Shown one piece after another: positions 27,855 through 39,748 of a stretch of DNA of 64,000 nt (within the stretch, counting starts at the first letter, position 1; each line of letters starts with the position of its first letter). Below the pieces are notes generated by a model. That model ran no database searches and had not been told where the DNA came from. It worked only from the letters and a program-made list of their open reading frames with translations. The DNA is from Octopus vulgaris. Lineage: Eukaryota. Position numbers and translations under genes: made by a program. The DNA is taken from the NCBI GenBank assembly GCA_951406725.2, contig OX597826.1, positions 82,150,001 to 82,214,000 of the forward strand, read 5' to 3'.

Positions 27855-28327
27855 GGAGTTACGGAGAATGGAGATTGCAAAATCCTGTGGGAAGCAATGA
27901 TTCAGTGTGACCATCAAATCAGGCATCGGAAGCCTGGCATTGTTGTGGTGAACGAATCGACAGAGCACGTCCCGGTGACAACCGGATCAAAGAGAAAGAA
28001 GAAGAAAAAGTGAACAACTACAACGATTTGGAGTGGGAAAAACGCAGGTTGTGGCCAATGAAGACAGTGAATGTGATTCCAACAATAATTGGCACGCTTG
28101 GAAGGATCCGCACTCAACTACCAACATGGCTGAAAAAGATTGGTATAAATGTAAAGATAGAACGCCTACAAAAATCAACATTGCTTGGAACTGCAAGAAT
28201 TCTTCGGAGGCTTCTTGAAGCAAGGCCAGTAAAGGAGTGTCACCTTAGTCAGCTGGCGGAGGACAGCTGACACTTTCCATCCATACCCAGCGAAATGAGC
28301 TGAACGTTTTCATCAGATAATAATTAT
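27855..28327 (+). mobile_element. R4/Dong-like non-LTR element: restriction-like endonuclease C-terminus, 3' UTR and TAA tail
   Basis: GVTENGDCKILWEAMIQCDHQIRHRKPGIVVV ... YNDLEWEKRRLW..VNVIPTIIGTLG...LQKSTLLGTARILRRLL. Confidence 0.85.
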
Positions 28328-28329
28328 CA

Positions 28330-28683
28330 AATTTGATAAAGTGCATAAAGAAAAACTTAAAGAGGAAAAGAACACAAAAAAGAAGAACAGCATCGAAGGA
28401 GAAAAAATGCAGAGTCAGTTTGCAAGAGACACGAACGCCAAGACAGATACAGAAGACCGGTGGCTCTGGATGAAGAGGAGCGACCTGGAAATAGAGACGG
28501 AAGTAGTCATGTGCGCAGCTCAAGAAGAAGCGTTAAAGGACCAACTACGTGAAGTGCAGAATAGACAACACTACCGACCGCGACAAATGCAGAATGTGTG
28601 GCGTGAGGGGTGAAACGGTATGGTACATCGTTAGCGAATTCCCGAAATTGGTACAACGTGAATACAAAAGAGGCCGTGACAAT
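28330..28683 (+). mobile_element. R4/Dong-like non-LTR element: linker and CCHC zinc-knuckle segment
   Basis: WLWMKRSDLEIETEVVMCAAQEEAL (frameshift) TNYVKCRID....DKCRMCGVRGETVWYIVSEFPKLVQREYKRGRDN. Confidence 0.85.
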
Positions 28684-29020
28684 TTATCGACCCGGAAAGG
28701 ATGAAAGGCAAAGTTGATCTCGGCGGAATTTGAACTCGAAACGTGAAGACGGACGAAATGCCACTAAGCAATTTGTCCGGCGTGCTAACGGTTCTGCTAG
28801 CTAGCCATAATAATAATAATAATAATAATAATGGTTACAAATTTTGCCACAAGGGCAGTAATTTGGGGGAGGGGATGAGTCGATTGCATTGATCCCAGAG
28901 TTTCACTGGTACTTAATTCATCGACCCCGAAAGGATGAGACAAAGTCGACCTCGATGAAATGTGAACTTAGAACGTAGCGACAGACGAAATGCCGCCAAG
29001 CATTTTGCCTGGTGTGGTCA
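28683..29020 (-). mobile_element. Two SINE family B copies separated by (TAA)n
   Basis: Core ggatga(a/g)a..caaagt.ga.ctcg occurs at ~28700 and ~28933. Confidence 0.8.
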
Positions 29021-29049
29021 CAATTCAAATAATAATAATAATAATAATG

Positions 29050-29107
29050 TCGGTTGTCAAACGGCGGTGGAGGACAAACACAAACAGCAAGTACACACAT
29101 ATACATA

Positions 29108-29154
<47 letters not shown>

Positions 29155-29295
29155 GGCTTCTTTCAGTTTCCGTTCATCAAATCCATTCACGGGTTTGATC
29201 GGAAGCACAGAAGACACTTCAGAAAGTTTTAACAGTAAGACTGAACCCAAAGTTACATGGGTGGGAAGCAAACTTCTAACCATACTGCCACGCCT
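29050..29295 (-). mobile_element. SINE family A, partial (5' half)
   Basis: cggttgtcaa ... ggcttctttcagtttccg ... gaagacact ... actgaaccc ... ccacgcc. Confidence 0.7.
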
Positions 29296-29297
29296 TT

Positions 29298-29320
29298 CTA
29301 TCTATCTATCTATCTACCTG

Positions 29321-29358
<38 letters not shown>

Positions 29359-29376
29359 AATCTATCAATCTATCAG

Positions 29377-29431
<55 letters not shown>

Positions 29432-29490
29432 GTCTATCTATCTATCTAACTATCTATCTAGCTATCAATCTGTCTATCTGTCTATATATA
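29298..29490. repeat. (CTAT)n tetranucleotide microsatellite
   Basis: Direct reading. Confidence 0.95.
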
Positions 29491-29892
29491 GATACATACA
29501 CACACGTACACACGTATACATACATATATATATATATATACACGTGCATATATACATACGTATACATCTCACACACACACACACATATGAGAATATGAGT
29601 CACAAACGAAACAGCGTACATCTCAATTCATTTTATTGAAGCGAAATTCACAAAAAGGTCTCTGTAAAAATTTATCAAATCTTCTTTGCCCAGCAGGCAA
29701 AATTCTTTTAATGTATGTAAGTAAACAGAATGTTAGCGGCCAGTTCGATTAATAAATTGCTTGTCCGTTAATAGTGATGCTGTGATAGATTGCATGATAA
29801 ATCTGTAGATGTTTATTATTAATCTCTGAGTTTGCAGAAATATTAATACAACTTGCTTTATGCGAGAGATGAAAAAGACGAATGGTTTCAAT

Positions 29893-29934
<42 letters not shown>

Positions 29935-31576
29935 GCACATTCAAGTACAGAGTAAAGTAAAGAAAAATTAGTAAATACTTGTAGCAGAGCCATAGTTCAC
30001 TTCCTGCGATAGGATCAGACTTACGTTTTTTGGTCGTGTTTTGCACCGTGTTCACAACTGCTTATATTCCAGTTGATTACAATAAAGAGAGAGAGAGAGA
30101 GAGAGGGGGAGAGAGAGAGAGAAAGAGAGAGAGAGTTGATAGAGTTGTTAGAGAGTGGGATAGAATATCTTTCGGCATGTGTTCCAGCTTTGAGCTTTTT
30201 GCATTTTGAAATCAAAACTCTCCGAAATCAACTTTGTCATCCATTTATGGAGATGGATTGGCGGACGGTTGAGAGGACGGAACAAGAGACCTTGTCGGAT
30301 ACGTTCTGAGAGCATCAACTGTGACCAAACTGTATGAGCCTATGGTGGTACTGTGAGATGGTGACACGCAGGCATGGGCGATTGCTGGCTTTCTGAAAAA
30401 ATTCTAATCCTGGCCCGCGTGCACATTTGCAGATGCATAGTTAGCCGAAGCAACGGAGGCTTAAAACATTACAACGGAATTTGTAATTTTAAGTAAACAA
30501 ATATTACTTCAAAGATGGACCTTGTCACTTCAAAGTGAGATCGATGATTTCGAAATGAGACTTTGCCACTTCATATTTAGACTAGCGATTTCAAAGAATA
30601 TCGATTTTATATGAGATTAGCACAGGATTTATGTAATAGAAAATATAACACCTAAACTTCATAACATCATTTGTATTGTCAACAATGTGAACTTGCCTGG
30701 TTAATTCAAAGCTTTTCTCCGCCAAGTAACGAGGCAAACACTTATCAGCTAGTTATAATAACTTCCAGACTGTTGCGAACTAAATAGGGAAATGGAACAC
30801 AATGCGAATTCTCTGAGAAATTTATCTCGCTGTGACTTTGTTACAACTACAGAATTGTTGACTGTTCTTCCTAGCAGGAAAAGTTATGAGTTTTAGCTGA
30901 TATTTTAAACACTGGCTCGCTAAGAATAGGCTACACGCGCTAGAAGGTTAAAGCCATATTCTTTCACGAAACACTTATTGGCTTTCCAACGAGAATAGTT
31001 ATTCTCGAAGATCAATTAGCAAATTTATGTCTAAGAACGATAACAGCAAACTGGTCTTTATCCGCAAGCCGGAAAATCCAATTAAATTTCTCATCAAGCT
31101 TTTGTCACGTGATAGATCGATTGTCGCCAGTTACCTCATAGGCCCGTGATTTACACGCAAGTTTCAGATTGCATCAACTGACTGTGTTAAGGAAGTTCCG
31201 TTTCGACCTTATTCTGTGTCTCCTCAGTCAATGTTACCTATTTTCTATTTGGTAGACATCCGCACACTTCAGTCGATAATTTACAGCTAATTCCTAAAAG
31301 CCCCACTTTATCGCTCGGGTGAGTTTGTTTGGTTGAAGAGGTACAGTACATGATAAGGTCGAAATGTTGTCGTACCTCAAAGTAATTCTTTCTTGGTGAA
31401 TCACTAAAATGCTTTCTATGAAAGAAAAAGCAAAAAACAAAAAAAACCCAAAAAACAAAAAATCACCAGTGATCACGTGCTCACGTTCGAATCTGTGAAA
31501 ATATATGAATGGACACGACATTGTTCCTAGTAGGAAGTTTTCATCGATATCATAGTACATGGTTTTTTACGTTCCA

Positions 31577-31645
<69 letters not shown>

Positions 31646-32400
31646 TACATGCATATATATGCGTGTGTGTGTATGTGTGTGTGTTTGTGTGTGTGTATGT
31701 GATGCGGATAATGTCCTTGTAGAATGCTGCGCAAAACTCACAAGTTTGGGCTACCTGATGTCATAATATGGTAGAAATGCTCTTCTTACAGGACAGACAC
31801 CAGAAAATCCACAATATCCGTATAATTTATATCAATAAACGACAGAAAATAGAAGTTGCGACTTTCTTTATTCAAAATTACTGCAATTATTTCGACGCAT
31901 TCTCGCATCTGTAGTTCAGAGCTTAGATGCCGCAGTCGTTATCTTACAACCAAAGTGTAGAATGCGCTTCCTCAGGTGACTCTTTAAACAAGCTCCGTCT
32001 ATATATTCTCACCATTTTCTCCGTTTTATAATGTTTAACTAGATTGCTGTGCCATTCCAGCATTTCACAGACAAAACTAAAACCATCGATTCAACGAGAG
32101 ATACACTTACAATCAAAATTCATAGATAAAAGATGGAAAATAGAGATATAGATAATAATACAAAACATACTAAAATATGCATTTGGATATAATTTATCAA
32201 ACTATTAGAATAAAAGAATTCGATAGAGTTGAAAATAAAGTGAAAGAGAATATGAAAAAAGTTTGAAGATAATGAAGTGATAAGCAGTTTGGAACTCACC
32301 ATTTCTAAGACGTCTTCACAGCTATCTTGCGTTCGAAAATTCCTTTATATTCTGCAGAACACACTCGCTGCTTATAAGTTCGTTTACCAAATATATATAA

Positions 32401-32616
32401 CAGTGGATAGGAAAAAGTTCCTGGCTTAAAAGGTGTCACGAAGAGCCTGGTTGGAGGCCCAATATTCAGAGTTCTTTTACAGGGCTTAGAAAAACTGAAG
32501 GAACACTGCAATTAGCTGTGTATATCTGAGAAGGGAATATGTTGAATAAAATCGTAATAAACTGATCCTCCAGTATTTCTTTTACTCAAAGTCAGGAACT
32601 TTTCAGCACCCGCCTG
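32401..32616 (+). mobile_element. Mariner-derived MITE
   Basis: Imperfect TIRs aaaagttcctggctt / aagtcaggaactttt; interior encodes GLEKLKEHCN*.CVYLRREYVE*, the mariner transposase C-terminus pattern. Confidence 0.75.
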
Positions 32617-32639
32617 TGCATACATTCATACAGATATAC

Positions 32640-32676
<37 letters not shown>

Positions 32677-32810
32677 AATTCGTTAATATATATACGTATT
32701 ATATATATTACTTGTCATTTATGTTTTGATTTATGTCTATCACTGTTTGAGTTGCATAATAGTGGTTTTATCTCTAATTTATATTTTATATTTTATATAT
32801 ATATATATAT

Positions 32811-35800
32811 ACCAGACCACCACCACAGCAAACAGACCCAGGATGGACACCACCGGCAACAACGTACACCTCACCTCGATGCTCCTACTGAACATCAGAG
32901 GACTGCAAACACTCAGTAACAGGACAAAAATCCCGTTCCTGAGAGATTTTGTTGCATGCAATCAAGCCTTATGCATAGCACTAACGGAAACGCACCTGAA
33001 ACCGGATATAGCAGATGCGGAGTTACACATACCACAGTATGCTGTACTACGGACCGACAGGAAAGAAAGGAGTCATGGAGGTGTTGCTATGTACATCCGT
33101 GAGGACCTCACACCCCAGGTCCTCTTGTCATACTCAAACTCGATGTGTGACACACTAATTGTACATATTAGGCAACTTGATGTAGTTGTGTGTGCTACAT
33201 ATCGCCCTCCAGATGCCCCAAGCCATGTGGGCAAGTTTGAAGACTGCCTTATAAAAATAGAAGAAGTTTTAACCACATTAGAACAACACATAAGTGTACT
33301 TCTTATGGGAGACTTCAATCTGCCAAATGTCAGATGGCCCGAGGGCCTTTCTCTCCCAGGAATGACAAGATGTGAACGAGGACAGGCGAGGTCCCTCCTG
33401 AACCTCATCAACACCCTGTACATGGAGCAGGTAATACTCCAACCAACCAGGGCAGGTAACACACTGGATCTCTGCTTCACAAATGACATGGATCTCATCC
33501 ATAATGTGAAAGTGACACCGACACTACTCTCGGATCACAACATGATAGAGCTGACCATGTACGGGCCAAAAGAGAGCACGGACATGCAGCCTTCAAGAAA
33601 CCCCCAGAATCTTTCCAGCTTGAACTACCATAAGGCAAACTGGAAACAAATTGAGAAAGAGATCCTCAAACAAAACTGGCCTAAATGTCTCTCCTCGCCA
33701 GACATCGACGTGAAACTTCAACAATTCATGTCTGTAATGCAAGCCATATGCTACAAATATGTCCCAGAGAGAAAGGCCACTGTACACAAGAACAAAATCC
33801 CCAGAGAGAGGAAAATTCTAATGAGACGGCGTACAAAATTTTCAAATCGCCTAAACAAACAGATTGAAAGCAGTGAAAAGTCCCGCCTATAAATAAAACT
33901 GTTGGAAATCGAAAAATGTCTGAAACTCTCCCATGAAAAGGAAAGAGCAGACAAAGAAGCCTGGGCTATAGACAACATAAAATCTAACCCCAGAGCTTTC
34001 TACAGGTATGCCAAAGAAACAGCTACGGTGCACTGTAGAATAGGGCCACTCCTCGAAAAGGATGGCACACTTACAGGAAAACCAATGAGGGTAAGTGAAA
34101 TACTGAATGAGCAATTCAAGAGTGTTTTCACTCCACCCCTTGGGCATCTCCAAATCACCAATCCAACTGACTTTTTTACCACTGCAGATATAAAATCAGA
34201 GGCGGCGACGATAGATTACATCGATATAAAGGAAGACGATGTAATCAAGGCTATAGATGAATTGAAAACAGACTCAGCTACTGGCCCCGATGGATTCCCG
34301 GCAATCCTCCTAAAAGCATGTAAGAGAGTCCTAGCAAGACCACTGCAGTTCCTCTTTCGGAGCTTCCTTGCAGCTGGCAAACTTCCAAGACAACTGAAGG
34401 AAGGTAAAATATGCCCCATTCATAAAGGAGGTAGCAGAGCGGAAGCCAAGAACTATAGACCTATCTCTCTGACCTCACACATCAGCAAGGTCATGGAACG
34501 AATAGTCAGAAGGAAGCTGATCACCTTCCTTGAAGAAAATGACTTGCTGCCCGACACCCAACATGGTTTCCGACCAGGGAGATGCTGTTTAACTCAGCTC
34601 CTACAACACTATGACTGGGTGCTGAAACGGCTGCTCAACCACTCAAATGTGGAAGTGATATATCTCGACTTTGCAAAGGCCTTTGATAAAGTCGATCATG
34701 GAATGATATGTCACAAACTGCGTGATCTCAACATAGTTGGAAAACTGGGAGAATGGCTTCATGACTTTCTGAAAGATAGAAGTCAGGTGGTAGTGGCCAA
34801 TGGGGCCACTTCCATTAACACGCAAATAGTGAGCGGTGTTCCGCAGGGCACTGTTCTTGGACCACTACTGTTCATAATGGCCCTCTCAGACATGCCCTCA
34901 GCCACGCAGAGAGCCACGATCACAAGTTATGCAGATGATACAAAAGTTTCACAGGCAATACAGAACCCTGAGGACACTAAACACCTGCAATGTGAGCTAG
35001 ACAAAATATACAAGTGGGCCGAAAAGAATAGCATGCAGTTCAATGCTGAAAAGTTTCAAGCTCTATACTATCAGCATGCAAAACTAAATGCAATACCCAA
35101 TGAATACACTGGACCCGGAGGAATAGCAATCCCAGAGGCACAATCAGTGCGTGACCTAGGTATTTACATGAGTGATGACGCGACCTTTCGTGTACATGTT
35201 GCTAAATTGGCAATGAAATGTAGACGACTGGCCGGATGGATCCTCAGAACCTTTAGAACAAGAGAACAAGAAACCATGATGGTCCTCTGGAGGACACTTG
35301 TCCTAAGCCACTTTGACTACTGCTCTCAGTTATGGTCACCATCCAGTGTCAAGTTGATCACAGAGCTCGAGGCGATCCAACGTAGCTACACGAAGAAGAT
35401 AGCCTCTATGCAGAATGTAAGCTACTGGGAAAGACTCAGGAAATTAAAATTATATTCCCTGGAGCGTAGGCGGGAAAGATATGCCATAATATACATCTGG
35501 AAGATCCTGGAGGGAAGTGTCCTGAACTTTGGCATCGAGAGTTACGCAAATGCCAGAACTGGGCGCCACTGCGTGGTGCCTAGGACTCCAAACTTGCCAT
35601 CAAGATGTAGGACAAGATTCTGTGATAGCCTGGGCTTCCGAGGCCCACAGCTCTTCAATATCCTCCCGAAGAACCTGAGAGACCTGCATGGGGTGGATAC
35701 AGATGTCTTTAAAATGAAGCTGGATCTCTTCCTGTCAGGTGTCCCAGATGAACCAACTTCACGACAGGAGGGGCAGATGAGGGCAGCTGCATCGAACTCT

Positions 35801-35935
35801 CTCATGCACCAAATAGCAGTTGCTAGAAAGCCTTCATGAAGTGAAACCAAGTAGCAACACCAAATGGCGGTGCCCCAGCATGGCCACAGCTCATAAGCTG
35901 AAACTGGAAAAATCAAAATCAAAATCAAAATCAAA

Positions 35936-35938
<3 letters not shown>
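32811..35938 (+). mobile_element. CR1-group non-LTR retrotransposon (LINE), 5'-truncated just upstream of ORF2, young copy
   Basis: Abrupt composition change after (AT)n at 32810; APE+RT ORF; short 3' UTR; (AAAATC)5 tail at 35909-35938 followed by (AT)n. The frame starting at 32811 (TRPPPQQTDPGWTPPATTYTSPRCSY*) may be the overlapping C-terminal stub of ORF1. Confidence 0.95.
32843..35839 (+). pseudogene. LINE ORF2: apurinic-like endonuclease + reverse transcriptase (~998 codons) with one in-frame stop TAA at 33890-33892
   Basis: APE motifs LLNIRGL, IALTETHL, YRPP, MGDFNLP, PTRAGNTLDL, SDH. RT motifs GPDG, NYRPISLTS, QHGFRPGR, YLDFAKAFDKVDH, SGVPQGTVLGPLLF, YADD, RDLG, and CR1-type C-terminal DYCSQLWSP and LYSLERRRER. 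Track ORFs 32726-33892 and 33902-35839 are in the same frame. Confidence 0.93.
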
Positions 35939-35981
<43 letters not shown>

Positions 35982-36084
35982 CAGTTAATAAATCATATGC
36001 CATAGACCAGGATATCAGGTTGTTTATTGGCAAAGCACGTTCACTTTCGCAATCTTCGTTGGGTATTATTGATAGAGATGGAAG

Positions 36085-36309
36085 ATGGAAGATACGAGAG
36101 GGTTCGTTGATCAATATAATTGTTTCGACCCGTCTAGAATCGATCCCTCACGGGTGGGATACTGTTTTTGTATACAAATATCGAGAAGAAATCTTGCAAT
36201 CACCTGACGGGACACATTTATACCGTCGGATACACCTAATCCAGATGTTCAAAACCCCACCCGTGAGGAATTGATGTTACATGGATCGAAACGTTCTCGT
36301 ATCTTCCAT
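36085..36309. repeat. Imperfect inverted repeat pair
   Basis: atggaagatacgaga/tctcgtatcttccat and cctcacgggtggg/cccacccgtgagg pair across a ~97-bp spacer. Confidence 0.75.
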
Positions 36310-36323
36310 TTCCCGTGTCTATC

Positions 36324-36357
<34 letters not shown>

Positions 36358-36420
36358 ATGTATGTATATGCATATGTGGGCACAGGATGTGTACGTTTCG
36401 TGACGTCCTGTGCTCACATA

Positions 36421-36457
<37 letters not shown>

Positions 36458-36560
36458 GTATAGATGTATGTATATATACGTGTGTATATATGCATATATA
36501 TATATATATTATTAATATTATTATATGATTGAACGCCACGCATCCTCTTCCAAGTAAGTT

Positions 36561-36596
<36 letters not shown>

Positions 36597-36715
36597 ATAT
36601 ATATATATATATCAGAGGTAATTCCATGTCATCAGTATCACTTGGGCTCATCACAGATTCCTTTATTAAATTTACATTGGGGCTGAGCCCGAACAGCCCA
36701 AGTGCCGGAGTCACC

Positions 36716-36755
<40 letters not shown>

Positions 36756-37117
36756 ATCTACATATACATATATCAGGAGTTTGTGTACTTATGTATGCAT
36801 ATAAGTATGCGCGTGTGCTGTTGAATCAGTTTAATTGCCAATGTAATACTTGCTTAAATATGTAAACTTTTGAAACTATTAAACGGTTTGGCATCAGATC
36901 TAAGAAGAAGGGTGACAAGGGGATCTTTTAAACAATTTAAGAGGAATGAATCGATTCTGAAAGCTTTCTCTTCTATCATAAAGAAAACAGAAGTAGTCAG
37001 CACGCTATATTCGTATAAGAACTAAAGGCGCATTCAGAGCAGCGTTACTTATACATATATGTACTCACGCAGACACAAACAAATACATACACACACCTAT
37101 AATTAAATGAATATACC

Positions 37118-37568
<451 letters not shown>

Positions 37569-37569
37569 A

Positions 37570-37958
37570 GGCGCAGGAGTGGCTGTGTGGTAAGTAGCTT
37601 GCTAACCAACCACATGGTTCCGGGTTCAGTCCCATTGCGTGGCATCTTGGGCAAGTGTCTTCTGCTATAGCCCCGGGCCGACCAATGCCTTGTGAGTGGA
37701 TTTGGTAGACGGAAACTGAAAGAAGCCTGTCGTATATATGTATATAAGTGTGTGTGTATGTGTTTGTCCCCCTAGCATTGCTTGACAACCGATGCTGGTG
37801 TGTTTACGTCCCCGTCACCTAGCGGTTCGGCACAAGTGACCGATAGAATAAGTACTGGGCTTACAAAGAATAAGTCCTGGGATCGATTTGCTCGACTAAA
37901 GGCGGTGCTCCAGCATGGCCGCAGTCAAATGACTGAAACAAGTAAAAGAGTAAAAGAG
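37570..37958 (+). mobile_element. tRNA-derived SINE family A, full-length young copy
   Basis: Head ggcgcaggagtggctgtgtggtaag (A box) ... gggttcagtccc (B-box-like); internal TA/TG microsatellite; 3' tail ggcggtgctccagcatggccgcagtcaaatgactgaaacaa(gtaaaaga)2; near-identical copy at 24886-25280. Confidence 0.9.
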
Positions 37959-37979
37959 TATATATATATATATATATAT

Positions 37980-38042
<63 letters not shown>

Positions 38043-38066
38043 TATATACACACGTATATACACACA

Positions 38067-38159
<93 letters not shown>

Positions 38160-38764
38160 TGTAAATGTGTGTGTGTGTAGTGACATTCGTTAGTTTGTGT
38201 GCGAGTCGTACACTGTAAGGTTTCGCCTTCTCTCTGATTTCAAAATGTTCAGTTCTTCTTTCTTAGAATTTAACGTTTTCGTTCATAACCAGGAAATTCT
38301 CTGATATTTTCGCACAAAACGGACAACTTTGCCAACCGGACGGCATACAGAAGCAAACCCTTCAAACATCACACACACATACATCACACAAACACACACA
38401 CACACACACTACGACTCAATGATGTGTGAATTAAACAAACGAAGCAGAAGGAATCTGAAAGTACCCCACCAGAAACTACTCTGAAATATTAACCAAAACC
38501 TGCCTCAGAAAACGTCTTGGCTATGCAACTCGTCAGTCGCACTATATTTAACAGATGTCGGCATTTGAATGTCTATATTTGCCACTGACAAGTAATAAAT
38601 GTCTTGGAAATCTAATAAAAATACGTTGATAGTTCTCTATTGCAACAAAATAAGTTGCGATACGTAAATAGATTCACAAATTTAGTTTATCTAAGCGAAA
38701 TAATGTGAGAATGCACAACTGAAAAAGTTTCTCTAATGCAGTGATAACGACTCTGTCGTTTGAT

Positions 38765-38865
38765 CTCTTGAGATATCGGCTTCTGACCACCGCAACTGAC
38801 CAGAATTTCGTTGCGCTAATCAAGTTTTTGGCATTTAGGTTGGATTTCAACACCATCTATTATGG
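38765..38865 (-). mobile_element. Short R4/Dong-like post-RT fragment
   Basis: VLKSNLNAKNLISATKFWSVAVVR matches the LKSKLNxxNLIxAINxWAVxVxRY motif; adjacent to (ATT)n. Confidence 0.6.
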
Positions 38866-38881
38866 ATATTATTATTATTAC

Positions 38882-39025
38882 TGAAATTCCGGCGAGGTCG
38901 ACTTTGCCTTTTATCCTTTCAGGGTCGATAAATTAAGTACGAATGAAACGCCGGCGTCGATGTAATCGACTTGTCCTCTCCACCCTCCACCCAAATTTCA
39001 GGCATTGTTCCTTCAGTAGAAAGGA
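38882..39025 (+). mobile_element. SINE family B, 3' part
   Basis: aaattccggcgaggtcgactttgccttttatcctttcagggtcgataaattaagtac. Confidence 0.75.
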
Positions 39026-39114
39026 TCATAATGTGGGATATACTATAAATACATATAGACACACACTCACTCAAACATACACAAATACACACATACAGAA
39101 GTATGTGCGTTTCG

Positions 39115-39445
39115 TGTATATGCATGTTTGTATGTATGTATGTATGTATATTTGTATGTATGTATGTATGCATGTATGTATGTATGCATGTATGTATGTA
39201 TGCATGTTTGTATGTCTGTTTGTCTGTATGCATGCATGTATGTATATTTGTATGTATGTATGTATGTATGTATGTATGTATATTTGTATGTATGTATGTA
39301 TGTATGCATGTTTTCATGCATGTATGTATGTATGTATGTATGCATGTTTGCATGTATGTATGTATGTATGCATGTATGTATGCATGTTTGCATGCATGTA
39401 TGTATGTATGTATGTATGTATGTATGTATGTATGTATGTATATAT
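39115..39445. repeat. (TATG)n/(CATG)n microsatellite
   Basis: Direct reading. Confidence 0.95.
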
Positions 39446-39685
39446 GAATATACTCCTGCGCGAGCCGGAAAGAAATTAAAAATGTAAGGGTGAAACAGCA
39501 TTTTTTTTTTACATTAACTTGACAACTTTTGCATAACTAAAAATATATTCGAAGAGATAAATCGAGGGAAAACAAACCCGGATTACTCGTTAAAAGAGCG
39601 GAAACGAGAAACTCGTAGCACTCAAAATTAAGAGCCTTTTAGTTATAACGTATTGAAGAATAGTCTGCATTTTCGAGTTATATAT

Positions 39686-39748
<63 letters not shown>

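Noticed and set aside
31180-31232. Minus-strand CTGAGGA-gac...gtc-GAAA hammerhead-like core
   Set aside because: Core and short stem II are present but stem I cannot be formed; too weak to call.
32726-32810. N-terminal extension of the 388-aa ORF resembling a membrane anchor
   Set aside because: It is flanking AT-rich and (AT)n sequence read in frame; the element starts at 32811 and the likely ATG is 32843.
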